A stretch of 64,000 bases of DNA from Microcoleus sp. (GTDB lineage Bacteria > Cyanobacteriota > Cyanobacteriia > Cyanobacteriales > Microcoleaceae). The notes beneath the pieces are model-generated. The model was not told where the DNA came from, made no database searches, and worked only from the letters and a program-made list of their open reading frames with translations. Position numbers and translations under genes: made by a program. Each line of letters starts with the position of its first letter. Position 1 is the stretch's first letter. The stretch spans positions 3,840,001 through 3,904,000 of the forward strand of contig CP181291.1 in NCBI GenBank assembly GCA_052279835.1. Reading direction: 5' to 3'. Positions 39,417 to 47,933 of the stretch are shown here, in pieces.

Positions 39417-41375
39417 ATGGCAATTCAATCCAGATACGCGCAATTACCCGTTGCCGTCAAGTTGTTATCACCTCTGTTGCTGGCATTTCTGAGTCTATGG
39501 ACTGCCGGAACATTGAGTTTTGGTTATTTTGCGAGAAACAACTTAGAACAGATGGCGCAGAAGGAGATTTTGGATCTGGCTAGTTTGCTCAGGGAATCTT
39601 TAAAGCAAAGACAAGAATCAGTCAATTTGAAAGCTCGTTCGATGAGTGAGAATAATGATGCGATCCGAGCCTTAAATACTGGCGATCGCGCTTTATTACT
39701 ACGGACTATATTACCACTCCAAACAAGTTTAAAACTGGATTTTGTCAGAATAGTTAATGCTGAGGGTCAAATCTTAGTGTCTTCGCAGTTAGGAGCCATT
39801 GGACAGGCCAAATTGCAGGATACCTCTATCAACCGCGCCGCTCGCACTGGACTAGAATTATCGGGAATTATGTTGTCAGAAAATACTGCTCCATCTTCGA
39901 TGATTGGCTTGATCTCGATTAAATCATCTCAAAAGATACTGGCTGGCTTGGTTGCAGGATTAGCCATTGACGACGCAGTGTTAGAGTCAATTCGGGGCGA
40001 CACATCGATAGATTTAGTGGCTTTTGATGACGAGAGAGTGACGGCAGCTACTTTGCCACTTAACCGCGATCAGTCTTGGCAATTCCCCCAACCAGATGAT
40101 TGGCCCATCAAAATCATGATTGCCGGCGAAAAATACATGATCAAAACAGTCAAGCTAGAAGGTTTCGATCGGGCAACTCTCAAAATTGCTGTACTCCATT
40201 CTGCTAAGGAAATCGAGAAATCAGAACAGCATTTATGGTTTGTGGTGGGTAGTTTTGGTCTATTAGGAAGTGTCCTGATCGCAGTTGTGATGATCGGAGG
40301 ATTCTGTATGACTCAAGCTCTCAGTCGTCGCATTCAAGGATTGACTAAGGCAACTCAGGAATTAGCCACAGGCAATTTAGCCCTTAGTATTCCGGTTGAT
40401 AGTCAGGATGAAGTGGGTCTTTTAGCTCAGGGATTTAACAGTATGGCAGAGCAAATTACAGACCGCGATCGGCAACTGAACGAACAAGTGCAACAATTAG
40501 AAATTACCCTTGAAGAATTGCACCGCACCCAAAGTCAAATAGTACAGAGTGAAAAAATGTCGGCACTGGGGCAAATGGTGGCTGGAATAGCGCACGAAAT
40601 CAACAACCCGGTCAACTTTGTCCACGGCAATTTGCGTCATATAAATTTATATACTAAAGACTTATTACGATTACTTGATTCGTATCAAAAACAATATCCC
40701 AACCCACCTCAATCTCTTCAAAATGAGCTGGATGATATGGATATAAACTTCTTAACTCAGGATATGACTAAGATTCTTCAGTCGATGAAAGTTGGGACCG
40801 ATCGCATTCGGGATATTGTGCTTTCCTTGCGTAACTTTTCTCGGCTGGATCAAGCGGAATTCAAGCCTGTAGATCTGCATCAAGGCCTTGATAACACCCT
40901 GATGATTTTGCAACATCGCCTCCAAGCTAACGAAGAACGACCAGCCATTGAAATAGTTAAGGAATATGCAGAACTACCATTTGTAGAATGCTATGCAGGT
41001 CAACTGAATCAGGTGTTTATGAATTTGCTATCAAATGCGATCGATGCTTTGGAAGAGAGCAATGCAGGGCATAGTTTTGAGGATATTGTTACCAAATCGA
41101 ATCGGATTTGGATTAAGACTACCACAATTGAACCAGACTGGGTGCAAATTGCGATCGCGGATAATGGTACTGGCATTCCAGAGAAATCGCGATCGCGCCT
41201 ATTCGATCCTTTTTTCACAACTAAACCCGTAGGTAAGGGTACAGGATTAGGCTTATCGATTAGCTATCAGGTGGCTCAAAAGCATGGTGGCAAACTATGG
41301 TGTGATTCCACCCTGGGTAAAGGCACAAATTTTATAATTGAGATTCCCATACATCAGCCGTTAATGCCTACTTGA
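39417..41375 (+). CDS. Membrane sensor histidine kinase (Cache-like periplasmic domain, HAMP, HisKA, HATPase)
   Basis: DEVGLLAQGFNSM HAMP; GIAHEINNP H-box; NLLSNAIDA, DNGTG, FDPFFTTKPVGKGTGLGL. Confidence 0.95.
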   Translation: MAIQSRYAQLPVAVKLLSPLLLAFLSLWTAGTLSFGYFARNNLEQMAQKEILDLASLLRESLKQRQESVNLKARSMSENNDAIRALNTGDRALLLRTILPLQTSLKLDFVRIVNAEGQILVSSQLGAIGQAKLQDTSINRAARTGLELSGIMLSENTAPSSMIGLISIKSSQKILAGLVAGLAIDDAVLESIRGDTSIDLVAFDDERVTAATLPLNRDQSWQFPQPDDWPIKIMIAGEKYMIKTVKLEGFDRATLKIAVLHSAKEIEKSEQHLWFVVGSFGLLGSVLIAVVMIGGFCMTQALSRRIQGLTKATQELATGNLALSIPVDSQDEVGLLAQGFNSMAEQITDRDRQLNEQVQQLEITLEELHRTQSQIVQSEKMSALGQMVAGIAHEINNPVNFVHGNLRHINLYTKDLLRLLDSYQKQYPNPPQSLQNELDDMDINFLTQDMTKILQSMKVGTDRIRDIVLSLRNFSRLDQAEFKPVDLHQGLDNTLMILQHRLQANEERPAIEIVKEYAELPFVECYAGQLNQVFMNLLSNAIDALEESNAGHSFEDIVTKSNRIWIKTTTIEPDWVQIAIADNGTGIPEKSRSRLFDPFFTTKPVGKGTGLGLSISYQVAQKHGGKLWCDSTLGKGTNFIIEIPIHQPLMPT

Positions 41376-41522
41376 AAATCAATTTGTGGTGTTTAAACTA
41401 ACTGTCCTATCTATTTCGGTAGCATCGGAATTATTAGTAGCCGAAATTAGGAGACTCCAGGTGCCGTCTCCTTTATATCATAAGGAGTGCAACCGGAATT
41501 GATATCAACTATCAACTATATT

Positions 41523-42635
41523 CTAACTCAAATACTCCTTAACAATTTTCAAAATCCGTGCCGCAGCCAAACCGTCCCCAAAAGGATTGATTGCCATTGC
41601 CATTGCATTGTAAGCATCCGCATTGCTCAGTAATTCGGCGGCGGAGTCTGCTATTAAATCGGCATCTGTACCGACGAGTTTAGCAGTGCCGGCGGCAATT
41701 GCTTCTGGTCTTTCTGTGGTTTCTCTTAATACTAAAACTGGTTTCCCTAAACTCGGTGCTTCTTCTTGTAAGCCACCGGAATCTGTGAGGATTAAATAGG
41801 CTCTTTGAATCGCTCCTACTAATTCTGCGTAATCTAAAGGTTCAGTTAAAAATACTCTGGGATGGTTGCCCAAAATAGCTTGTAAAGGTTCTCTAACTGT
41901 GGGATTTTTGTGCAGTGGTAATAACAAGGCTGTGTCGGGAAATTGCGCTAAAATTTTGAGGAATGCCTTGGCAATTCCTTGTAACGGTTCTCCCCAATTT
42001 TCCCGGCGGTGAACTGTGGCTAAAATAGTGCGATATTTGCTCCATTCTAAGTTGGGAATATTACATTCTGGTTCGCGTTTGGCTACTCCCAGTAAAGCAT
42101 CAATCACTGTGTTGCCTGTACGGTGAATTTGTCCCAAAACGCCCGATCGCACTAAATTTTCCGCAGCCAGGGCTGTTGGGGCAAAATGCAGCCGTGTGAG
42201 CTGAGATATCAACCGGCGGTTAGCCTCTTCTGGGTAAGGATTGAACAGGTCGTCTGTTCGTAATCCGGCTTCTACGTGACCTAGAGGTATTTTTTGGTAA
42301 AATGCAGCTAAAGCAGCGGCAAAAGCTGTGGTTGTGTCTCCTTGTACTAGGACAATTTTTGGTTGTAGTTCTTTGAACAAATCTTCTAAACCTTGCAGAC
42401 TGCGGCAAGTAATGTCTGTCAAGGTTTGCTGGTGCTGCATTATTGCTAAATCTCGATCGGCTTTTAGATGGAACAGTCCCATGACTTGCTCGACCATTTC
42501 TCGATGTTGGCCTGTTAATATTACTTGGGTGTCAAAGGATGGGGAATTTTTGAATTGTTGAATTACTGGGGCTAGTTTAATTGCTTCTGGGCGTGTTCCT
42601 AGGACGATGCAAATGCGGTGTGTGGCTTCGGGCAT
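41523..42635 (-). CDS. wecB: UDP-N-acetylglucosamine 2-epimerase (non-hydrolysing)
   Basis: GTRPEAIKLAP, TGQHREM, VQGDTTT, HVEAGLRT, TDSGGLQEEAPSLGKP. Confidence 0.97.
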   Translation of the reverse strand: MPEATHRICIVLGTRPEAIKLAPVIQQFKNSPSFDTQVILTGQHREMVEQVMGLFHLKADRDLAIMQHQQTLTDITCRSLQGLEDLFKELQPKIVLVQGDTTTAFAAALAAFYQKIPLGHVEAGLRTDDLFNPYPEEANRRLISQLTRLHFAPTALAAENLVRSGVLGQIHRTGNTVIDALLGVAKREPECNIPNLEWSKYRTILATVHRRENWGEPLQGIAKAFLKILAQFPDTALLLPLHKNPTVREPLQAILGNHPRVFLTEPLDYAELVGAIQRAYLILTDSGGLQEEAPSLGKPVLVLRETTERPEAIAAGTAKLVGTDADLIADSAAELLSNADAYNAMAMAINPFGDGLAAARILKIVKEYLS

Positions 42636-42900
42636 GGTAAAGTTGGGTAGTTGAGATTTTTGAGGATATTAAAGGCTGGATATTTTATAGCTGGTTTGAA
42701 TCGTTGGTTAATAAGATTTATTTTTTTATGAACCGCAGAGGGCGCAGAGGGCGCAGAGGAGGAAGAAAGAAGAGAGAAAAATTGGTTTGATTTTGGGTGG
42801 GGGCGGGTTTTTGAGATTGTGAGTTTTAGGCAATTATTGTTGGTGAAACCAGCCCCTACAAATTTCTTGACATTAGTACATTTTTAATTTTTAATTTATT

Positions 42901-43467
42901 ATGCCTCGTTATATTCTATTTTACAAGCCTTACGATGTTTTGACTCAATTCACTGATAATTCAGGGGAAGTTAAACGCCGAACTCTGAAAGATTATATTC
43001 CGATTCCTGACGTTTATGCGGTGGGAAGGCTCGATCGCGATAGTGAAGGCTTGTTGTTGCTAACGGATGATGGACAAATGCAGCACCGACTCAGTGACCC
43101 GAAATTCGCTCATCCCCGTACTTACTGGGTGCAAGTGGAAGGGATTCCTGATGCTGGTGCGATCGCCACTTTGCAGACTGGTGTCACTATTCAAGATTAT
43201 CGGACTCGATCGGCAAAAGTGCAATTATTATCAGCGGAACCCCTTTTACCACCACGGGAACCGCCGATTCGATTTCGCAAGCATATACCCACAGCATGGC
43301 TGGAAATGACCCTGACAGAAGGCCGCAATCGACAAGTCCGCAGGATGACCGCAGCAGTAGGGTTTCCGACGTTGCGGTTGGTTAGATGTGCGATCGGACA
43401 TTTGCGTCTAGAAGGCCTCAATCCCGGTGAGTGGCGCGAACTAACCCAAGCTGATTTGAGATTTTAA
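42901..43467 (+). CDS. rluE: rRNA pseudouridine synthase, RluE-like
   Basis: [51 protein letters not shown]. Confidence 0.88.
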   Translation: MPRYILFYKPYDVLTQFTDNSGEVKRRTLKDYIPIPDVYAVGRLDRDSEGLLLLTDDGQMQHRLSDPKFAHPRTYWVQVEGIPDAGAIATLQTGVTIQDYRTRSAKVQLLSAEPLLPPREPPIRFRKHIPTAWLEMTLTEGRNRQVRRMTAAVGFPTLRLVRCAIGHLRLEGLNPGEWRELTQADLRF

Positions 43468-43514
43468 ATGGAATAATTACAAATACATTTAAAACTAAAT
43501 TCCCCAAGATTTAA

Positions 43515-44342
43515 CTACTTTCTCGCTGGTAAAATAAAACTCTCTTTTCCATTTTTATCCTTTCGTACTTGAGCTCCCAATTTGACAAGAGCTTGTTTCG
43601 CCCTTTGGCGCACAAGTTTGTCTTTTGTTTGAGCATAAACCATATTCCAAGCAGAAAAGCGTACCTGGACGCTATCGGGGTCTCGACGCAAATACTCAGC
43701 AGTAGCACGAAATATCGGTGCTAATTTCTGACCTTGTGGCGTTTTTTCTACCCAGTCACCAGCCATTTCGTGCGATCGAATAGACTCAGGAATATCACCC
43801 AGCAGCAGCAGTTCGTCAAGTCCTTTATTTCGCCACACCGTCCACGCTTGGGGGTCAATTTGTGGCGACAGGACGTTAGTACCGCGTTCCATTAAATCGA
43901 CGGCAATTTCTGGTTTTGCTTGGTAAAAAGAAACAGCAACTGACAGAAATGGGTAAATTTCCACTCGCCTGGGGTCTCGTCTAGTGATGATGTCAAAATA
44001 ATCTTGACTAAGGCTGTAACCTGTGATGTCTCTGGCTTCGTCATCGCCAAAATATTGCAAAAATTTGAGAAATGTCCAATCTGCAATTAAATTGTCAAAC
44101 CCAAAACTGGGGATGGCTTTGAGAATTTTCAGCCGCAGGGCTTCTTGCTGTTCGGATTGCTTGAAAGTAGCGGCCGAGATGGTCGGTAAGGGCTTTCCCC
44201 CCTCAGTTTCCCTAGCAGAAATTCCGCCGAATTGCTCCTGGGACTGCATGGTAATGACCCCGCAAGCGGCTGCTATACCAATAACTCCACAGAGGAGCAG
44301 ACTCAACCACTTGTGAGAAAATTGTTCGACTTTAGCTTGCAC
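43515..44342 (-). CDS. Conserved cyanobacterial membrane-anchored helical protein
   Basis: N-terminal TM; FGFDNLIADWTFLKFLQYFGDDEAR...GYSLSQDYF motif, which I recall from proteins encoded near pilin genes. Confidence 0.7.
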   Translation of the reverse strand: MQAKVEQFSHKWLSLLLCGVIGIAAACGVITMQSQEQFGGISARETEGGKPLPTISAATFKQSEQQEALRLKILKAIPSFGFDNLIADWTFLKFLQYFGDDEARDITGYSLSQDYFDIITRRDPRRVEIYPFLSVAVSFYQAKPEIAVDLMERGTNVLSPQIDPQAWTVWRNKGLDELLLLGDIPESIRSHEMAGDWVEKTPQGQKLAPIFRATAEYLRRDPDSVQVRFSAWNMVYAQTKDKLVRQRAKQALVKLGAQVRKDKNGKESFILPARK

Positions 44343-44567
44343 GGCACTTGGAAATTTAGGATATTAATTAAGTTTAAAGGATTACTCGGTCAGCGTAAAA
44401 TTCAGTAAAATAGATTGGTGATTGGTTGGCGATCGGTGAAAAAGCTAGTTAAACTGTTCAAAAGGATGCCATAGCCTCCGCAACAAAGTTTATTTACACT
44501 GATTTGAGATTTTTTAGCAATCGAAAATCTTCCATCAAAAATCTAAAATAGAATTGAGCGAAATTCA

Positions 44568-45887
44568 ATGAATGTAGCCCGCAGACGCTTTTCTAAATTA
44601 CAGGCAGCCCTGTTCAGTGGGGCTCTGGCCACAACCGCTTCCATATCTTTGCTTGTACCCGGCCTGAGTCAATCCGTCCGTGCTGAGCTTCAAGATAGCC
44701 CTAAAGCTGTTTTAGACGAAGCTTGGCAAATCGTGAACCGAGAGTATGTTGATGGCAGCTTTAACAAGACTGACTGGCAAGTCACCCGCCAAGATTTGCT
44801 GGGCCAAAATTATACCTCTCGCGAAGCAGCCTATACTTCTCTCCGCAAGGCATTAGAGAAGTTAAACGACCCCTACACCCGCTTCATGGACCCGAAGCAG
44901 TACGAAGCGTTGACTAATCAAACCTCTGGGGAACTGACAGGGGTAGGGATGAGGCTGGAAGCGGACGAGAAAACTAAGGTGATTACGGTGGTTGAGCCCA
45001 TGGAAAATTCCCCGGCCATTAAGGCTGGGATTCAAGCGGGCGATCGCATTTTGGTGATTGATGGTAAACCTACTACAGGCATGACTGTTTCTGATGCTGC
45101 TCAAATAATTCGGGGCGCTGAAGGCACTAAAGTCACGTTGCGGATTGCTCGGCCTGGTAAAAGTGAGTTTGATATTACCCTGACTAGGGCCAGAATTGAG
45201 GTAGCCGCAGTTCGCTACAGCCTCAAAAATGAAGGAGGTAAGAAAGTCGGTTATATCCGTTTGCAAGAGTTTAGCTCCCACGCCGGAGAACAAATGCAAG
45301 GAGCTATTAAAAAGCTCTCGGATCAGAAAGTTGATGCTTTTGTGTTGGATTTGCGTGGCAATCCAGGGGGTTTACTACGTGTGAGCATTGATATTGCCAG
45401 GATGTGGATGGATACCGGGGCTATCGTCCGTACAGTCGATCGAGCCGGAGATTCTCAGGAAATGAAGGCAAATCGGACTGCCCTCACTGACAAGCCTTTG
45501 GTAGTCCTTGTAGACGACAATTCTGCCAGCGCCAGCGAGATTTTGGCTGGTGCTCTCAAGGACAATAAACGCGCCACGGTGATGGGTGGTCAAACTTTTG
45601 GCAAGGCTTTAGTACAATCGGTGCATTCTTTGTCTGATGGTTCGGGATTGGCGGTGACGATCGCTCACTACTATACTCCCAACGGTACTGATATCAGCCA
45701 CAAGGGCGTTACTCCCGATGTCAAAGTGGAAGTCAGCGACGCACAAAAGCTGAAATTAGCTAACAAACCGACTTTGGTTGCTACTAAGGACGATCCTTGT
45801 TACGCCCAGGCGATCGCACTTTTGAAAACTACCGCTTCCTCAGCTCGTCCTGTTGCTGCTAATGAAATTGTTGTTCCTCAGAAGTAG
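44568..45887 (+). CDS. ctpB: Carboxyl-terminal processing protease (S41A, PDZ), CtpB-like
   Basis: LNDPYTRFM, PDZ, DLRGNPGGL, SASASEILAGALKD, TFGKALVQ. Confidence 0.88.
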   Translation: MNVARRRFSKLQAALFSGALATTASISLLVPGLSQSVRAELQDSPKAVLDEAWQIVNREYVDGSFNKTDWQVTRQDLLGQNYTSREAAYTSLRKALEKLNDPYTRFMDPKQYEALTNQTSGELTGVGMRLEADEKTKVITVVEPMENSPAIKAGIQAGDRILVIDGKPTTGMTVSDAAQIIRGAEGTKVTLRIARPGKSEFDITLTRARIEVAAVRYSLKNEGGKKVGYIRLQEFSSHAGEQMQGAIKKLSDQKVDAFVLDLRGNPGGLLRVSIDIARMWMDTGAIVRTVDRAGDSQEMKANRTALTDKPLVVLVDDNSASASEILAGALKDNKRATVMGGQTFGKALVQSVHSLSDGSGLAVTIAHYYTPNGTDISHKGVTPDVKVEVSDAQKLKLANKPTLVATKDDPCYAQAIALLKTTASSARPVAANEIVVPQK

Positions 45888-45918
45888 ATGAAATTGGCAC
45901 TTAACAATTAGCTTGAAG

Positions 45919-45947
45919 ATAAAACCCGCACCGGCGGGTTTTATTTT
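45919..45947. terminator. Bidirectional intrinsic terminator between convergent genes
   Basis: ATAAAACCCGC-ACCG-GCGGGTTTTAT followed by TTT. Confidence 0.85.
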
Positions 45948-45960
45948 GGAAACTGGGTTT

Positions 45961-46395
45961 TCAACCCTGTTTTAAAATAAACTCTAAAGGCAAACCATCT
46001 GTATCGGCAATAAAAGCTACTTCGTAAACATTTTCTCCGATCGCCTGTTGAGTCGGTTCTAATAAAACTTTTAGCGGCTGAAACTGGCTTGGTTCCTCAG
46101 AAGCTGCTTGCTCAAACCGTTGTTTGAGAGACTCTAACCAAGTAGGCAAGTCAGATGTCACCTCAGTTAAATCAAAGGATAGATGATAATATCCAACATA
46201 ATGCTCGTCTCCAAAAGCATCAGGGGCGGGTTTTGGTTCCGGGATTTGAATCAGTTCAATGCGTCCGTTGAGGCCTTCCATCCAACAGGCTAGAGTGTAA
46301 CCGGTGGTAAAGCGATCGCACACAGTAAATCCCAACTGTTCGTAAAAGGCGATCGCCCGGTGAATATTAGCAGTACGAATCGAGGCGTGGTGCAT
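45961..46395 (-). CDS. VOC/glyoxalase family protein
   Basis: MHHASIRTANIHRAIAFYE, GYYHLSFDL, FIADTDGLPLEF. Confidence 0.9.
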   Translation of the reverse strand: MHHASIRTANIHRAIAFYEQLGFTVCDRFTTGYTLACWMEGLNGRIELIQIPEPKPAPDAFGDEHYVGYYHLSFDLTEVTSDLPTWLESLKQRFEQAASEEPSQFQPLKVLLEPTQQAIGENVYEVAFIADTDGLPLEFILKQG

Positions 46396-46458
46396 TTGAT
46401 TTTGTCATTTGTTATTGTATTTTCCTTCTTCCTTCTTCCTTCTTCCTTCTTCCTTCAT

Positions 46459-46968
46459 TTATTCAAACAACCGAAAATAGGGATATCGAATCGGAACTCC
46501 TGGCTCTTTTTCCAAATCAAAATTAATCACTTCCCAGCAAGGTTCTTCCTGGGATTGGGGGCTAAAATCCACAGGTAAACCGTAAAGCTTCGGCATGGCA
46601 GATTCCGATTGACCCCGCCAAGATGTGCTGCGCTCTAAATACACGCTGATTAATTCCCGATAGCGTTGGGCAATGATGATGCGAGTTGCTCGGTAGCCTT
46701 GAGTATATAGTCGATCGAGCGCTTCGTGAATTTCAAACCGAATTCCATCGGGGTGAGTGTGCTGACGATACCATTCATTTTCCCAGTGGCGCCAGTGTCG
46801 CCCAGACTGAAGGTGAACTAAATCTCCCGTTTTTGGATCGGCCTCAAAAGCCCCGTGACGCGGACACAAATAGGTATCCGTGAGGGTTAGAGCCGGAATT
46901 GTTTGGCGACAGTGGGGACACTGAATCTCCGGGCCAAACATCGGGTATTGCAAGGCTACTTCGATCAT
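46459..46968 (-). CDS. TIGR02652/DUF2396 family conserved cyanobacterial protein (possibly the c-di-GMP receptor CdgR)
   Basis: YPMFGPEIQCPHCRQTIPALTLTDTYLCPRHGAFEA, HTHPDGIRFEIHEALDRL. Confidence 0.8.
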   Translation of the reverse strand: MIEVALQYPMFGPEIQCPHCRQTIPALTLTDTYLCPRHGAFEADPKTGDLVHLQSGRHWRHWENEWYRQHTHPDGIRFEIHEALDRLYTQGYRATRIIIAQRYRELISVYLERSTSWRGQSESAMPKLYGLPVDFSPQSQEEPCWEVINFDLEKEPGVPIRYPYFRLFE

Positions 46969-47082
46969 GTAGTGCGTCCCAAAATTTTTTCTCTGCAAAA
47001 GTCCCAAATACTTGTATTATATCTTGTATTGAGCATTGGTTAAGGTTAACCAATTTTTTCGATTAGCAATCCCAAGGAATCC

Positions 47083-47619
47083 GTGACTACACTTCCTTCC
47101 TATTGGCCTATTCCCGATCTCTCCCAAGCTGCTTTTGTCGCCGCCGGTGCTGTGGTTATGGGTAAGGTAGAAGTGGGTGCGGGGGCGAGTATTTGGTACG
47201 GGGCGGTGGTGCGAGGGGATGTGGAGCGGATTGCGATCGGCTCTTGTACTAATATCCAAGATGGATCTGTTTTACACGGCGATCCAGGAAAACCTACGGT
47301 TTTGGAAGATTTTGTGACAGTGGGACACCGAGCGGTGATTCACTCAGCTTATATTGAACGGGGTTGTTTGATCGGGATTGGGGCGATCGTCCTCGATGGA
47401 GTCAGGGTAGGAACAGGCTCTATCGTCGGCGCGGGTGCTGTTGTCACCAAGGATGTGCCGCCTTACACCCTAGTTACCGGAGTACCTGCGAAGCGATTGC
47501 GGGATGTTTCCCAGGAAGAAGCCGCGGAATTAATCGAGCACGCTAGGCGTTACGAAAAGTTGGCTTTAGTTCATGCTGGGAAAGGAACTGATTTGGGATT
47601 TGTGGAAGTGAAAGTGTAG
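47083..47619 (+). CDS. Gamma-carbonic anhydrase family hexapeptide-repeat protein
   Basis: SIWYGAVVRGD, NIQDGSVLH, VTVGHRAVIH. Confidence 0.92.
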   Translation: MTTLPSYWPIPDLSQAAFVAAGAVVMGKVEVGAGASIWYGAVVRGDVERIAIGSCTNIQDGSVLHGDPGKPTVLEDFVTVGHRAVIHSAYIERGCLIGIGAIVLDGVRVGTGSIVGAGAVVTKDVPPYTLVTGVPAKRLRDVSQEEAAELIEHARRYEKLALVHAGKGTDLGFVEVKV

Positions 47620-47933
47620 CAAATAATCTCATTAATGCTAAACTATCGTAATTAAAATCAAGCAAAAAAGTATTGATTTCTAATGATTTACACTACAGAA
47701 AAATTCCTAACTTTTGAAACATTCCTCGATCGCTATTGTGACAACAACTAATTTAATATTAAGGTAATATGTTGAAAATTGCATGATGGTGATATTCTGC
47801 CCCGATCGAGTGGCTTGCTACAATCTAAAATCTGAAATCTAGATCGGAAACTGGGTTTTTTGCGTAAGTCTTATATATACTATTAAAGCTCTGCCGGAAT
47901 TTCACCGATCGCCTTTCCCCATACAAATCAATC

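Noticed and set aside
38040..41506. PBP-kinase pair as a MITE-flanked composite transposon
   Set aside because: This MITE family is frequent throughout the window, the left copy is partial, and no shared TSD was seen
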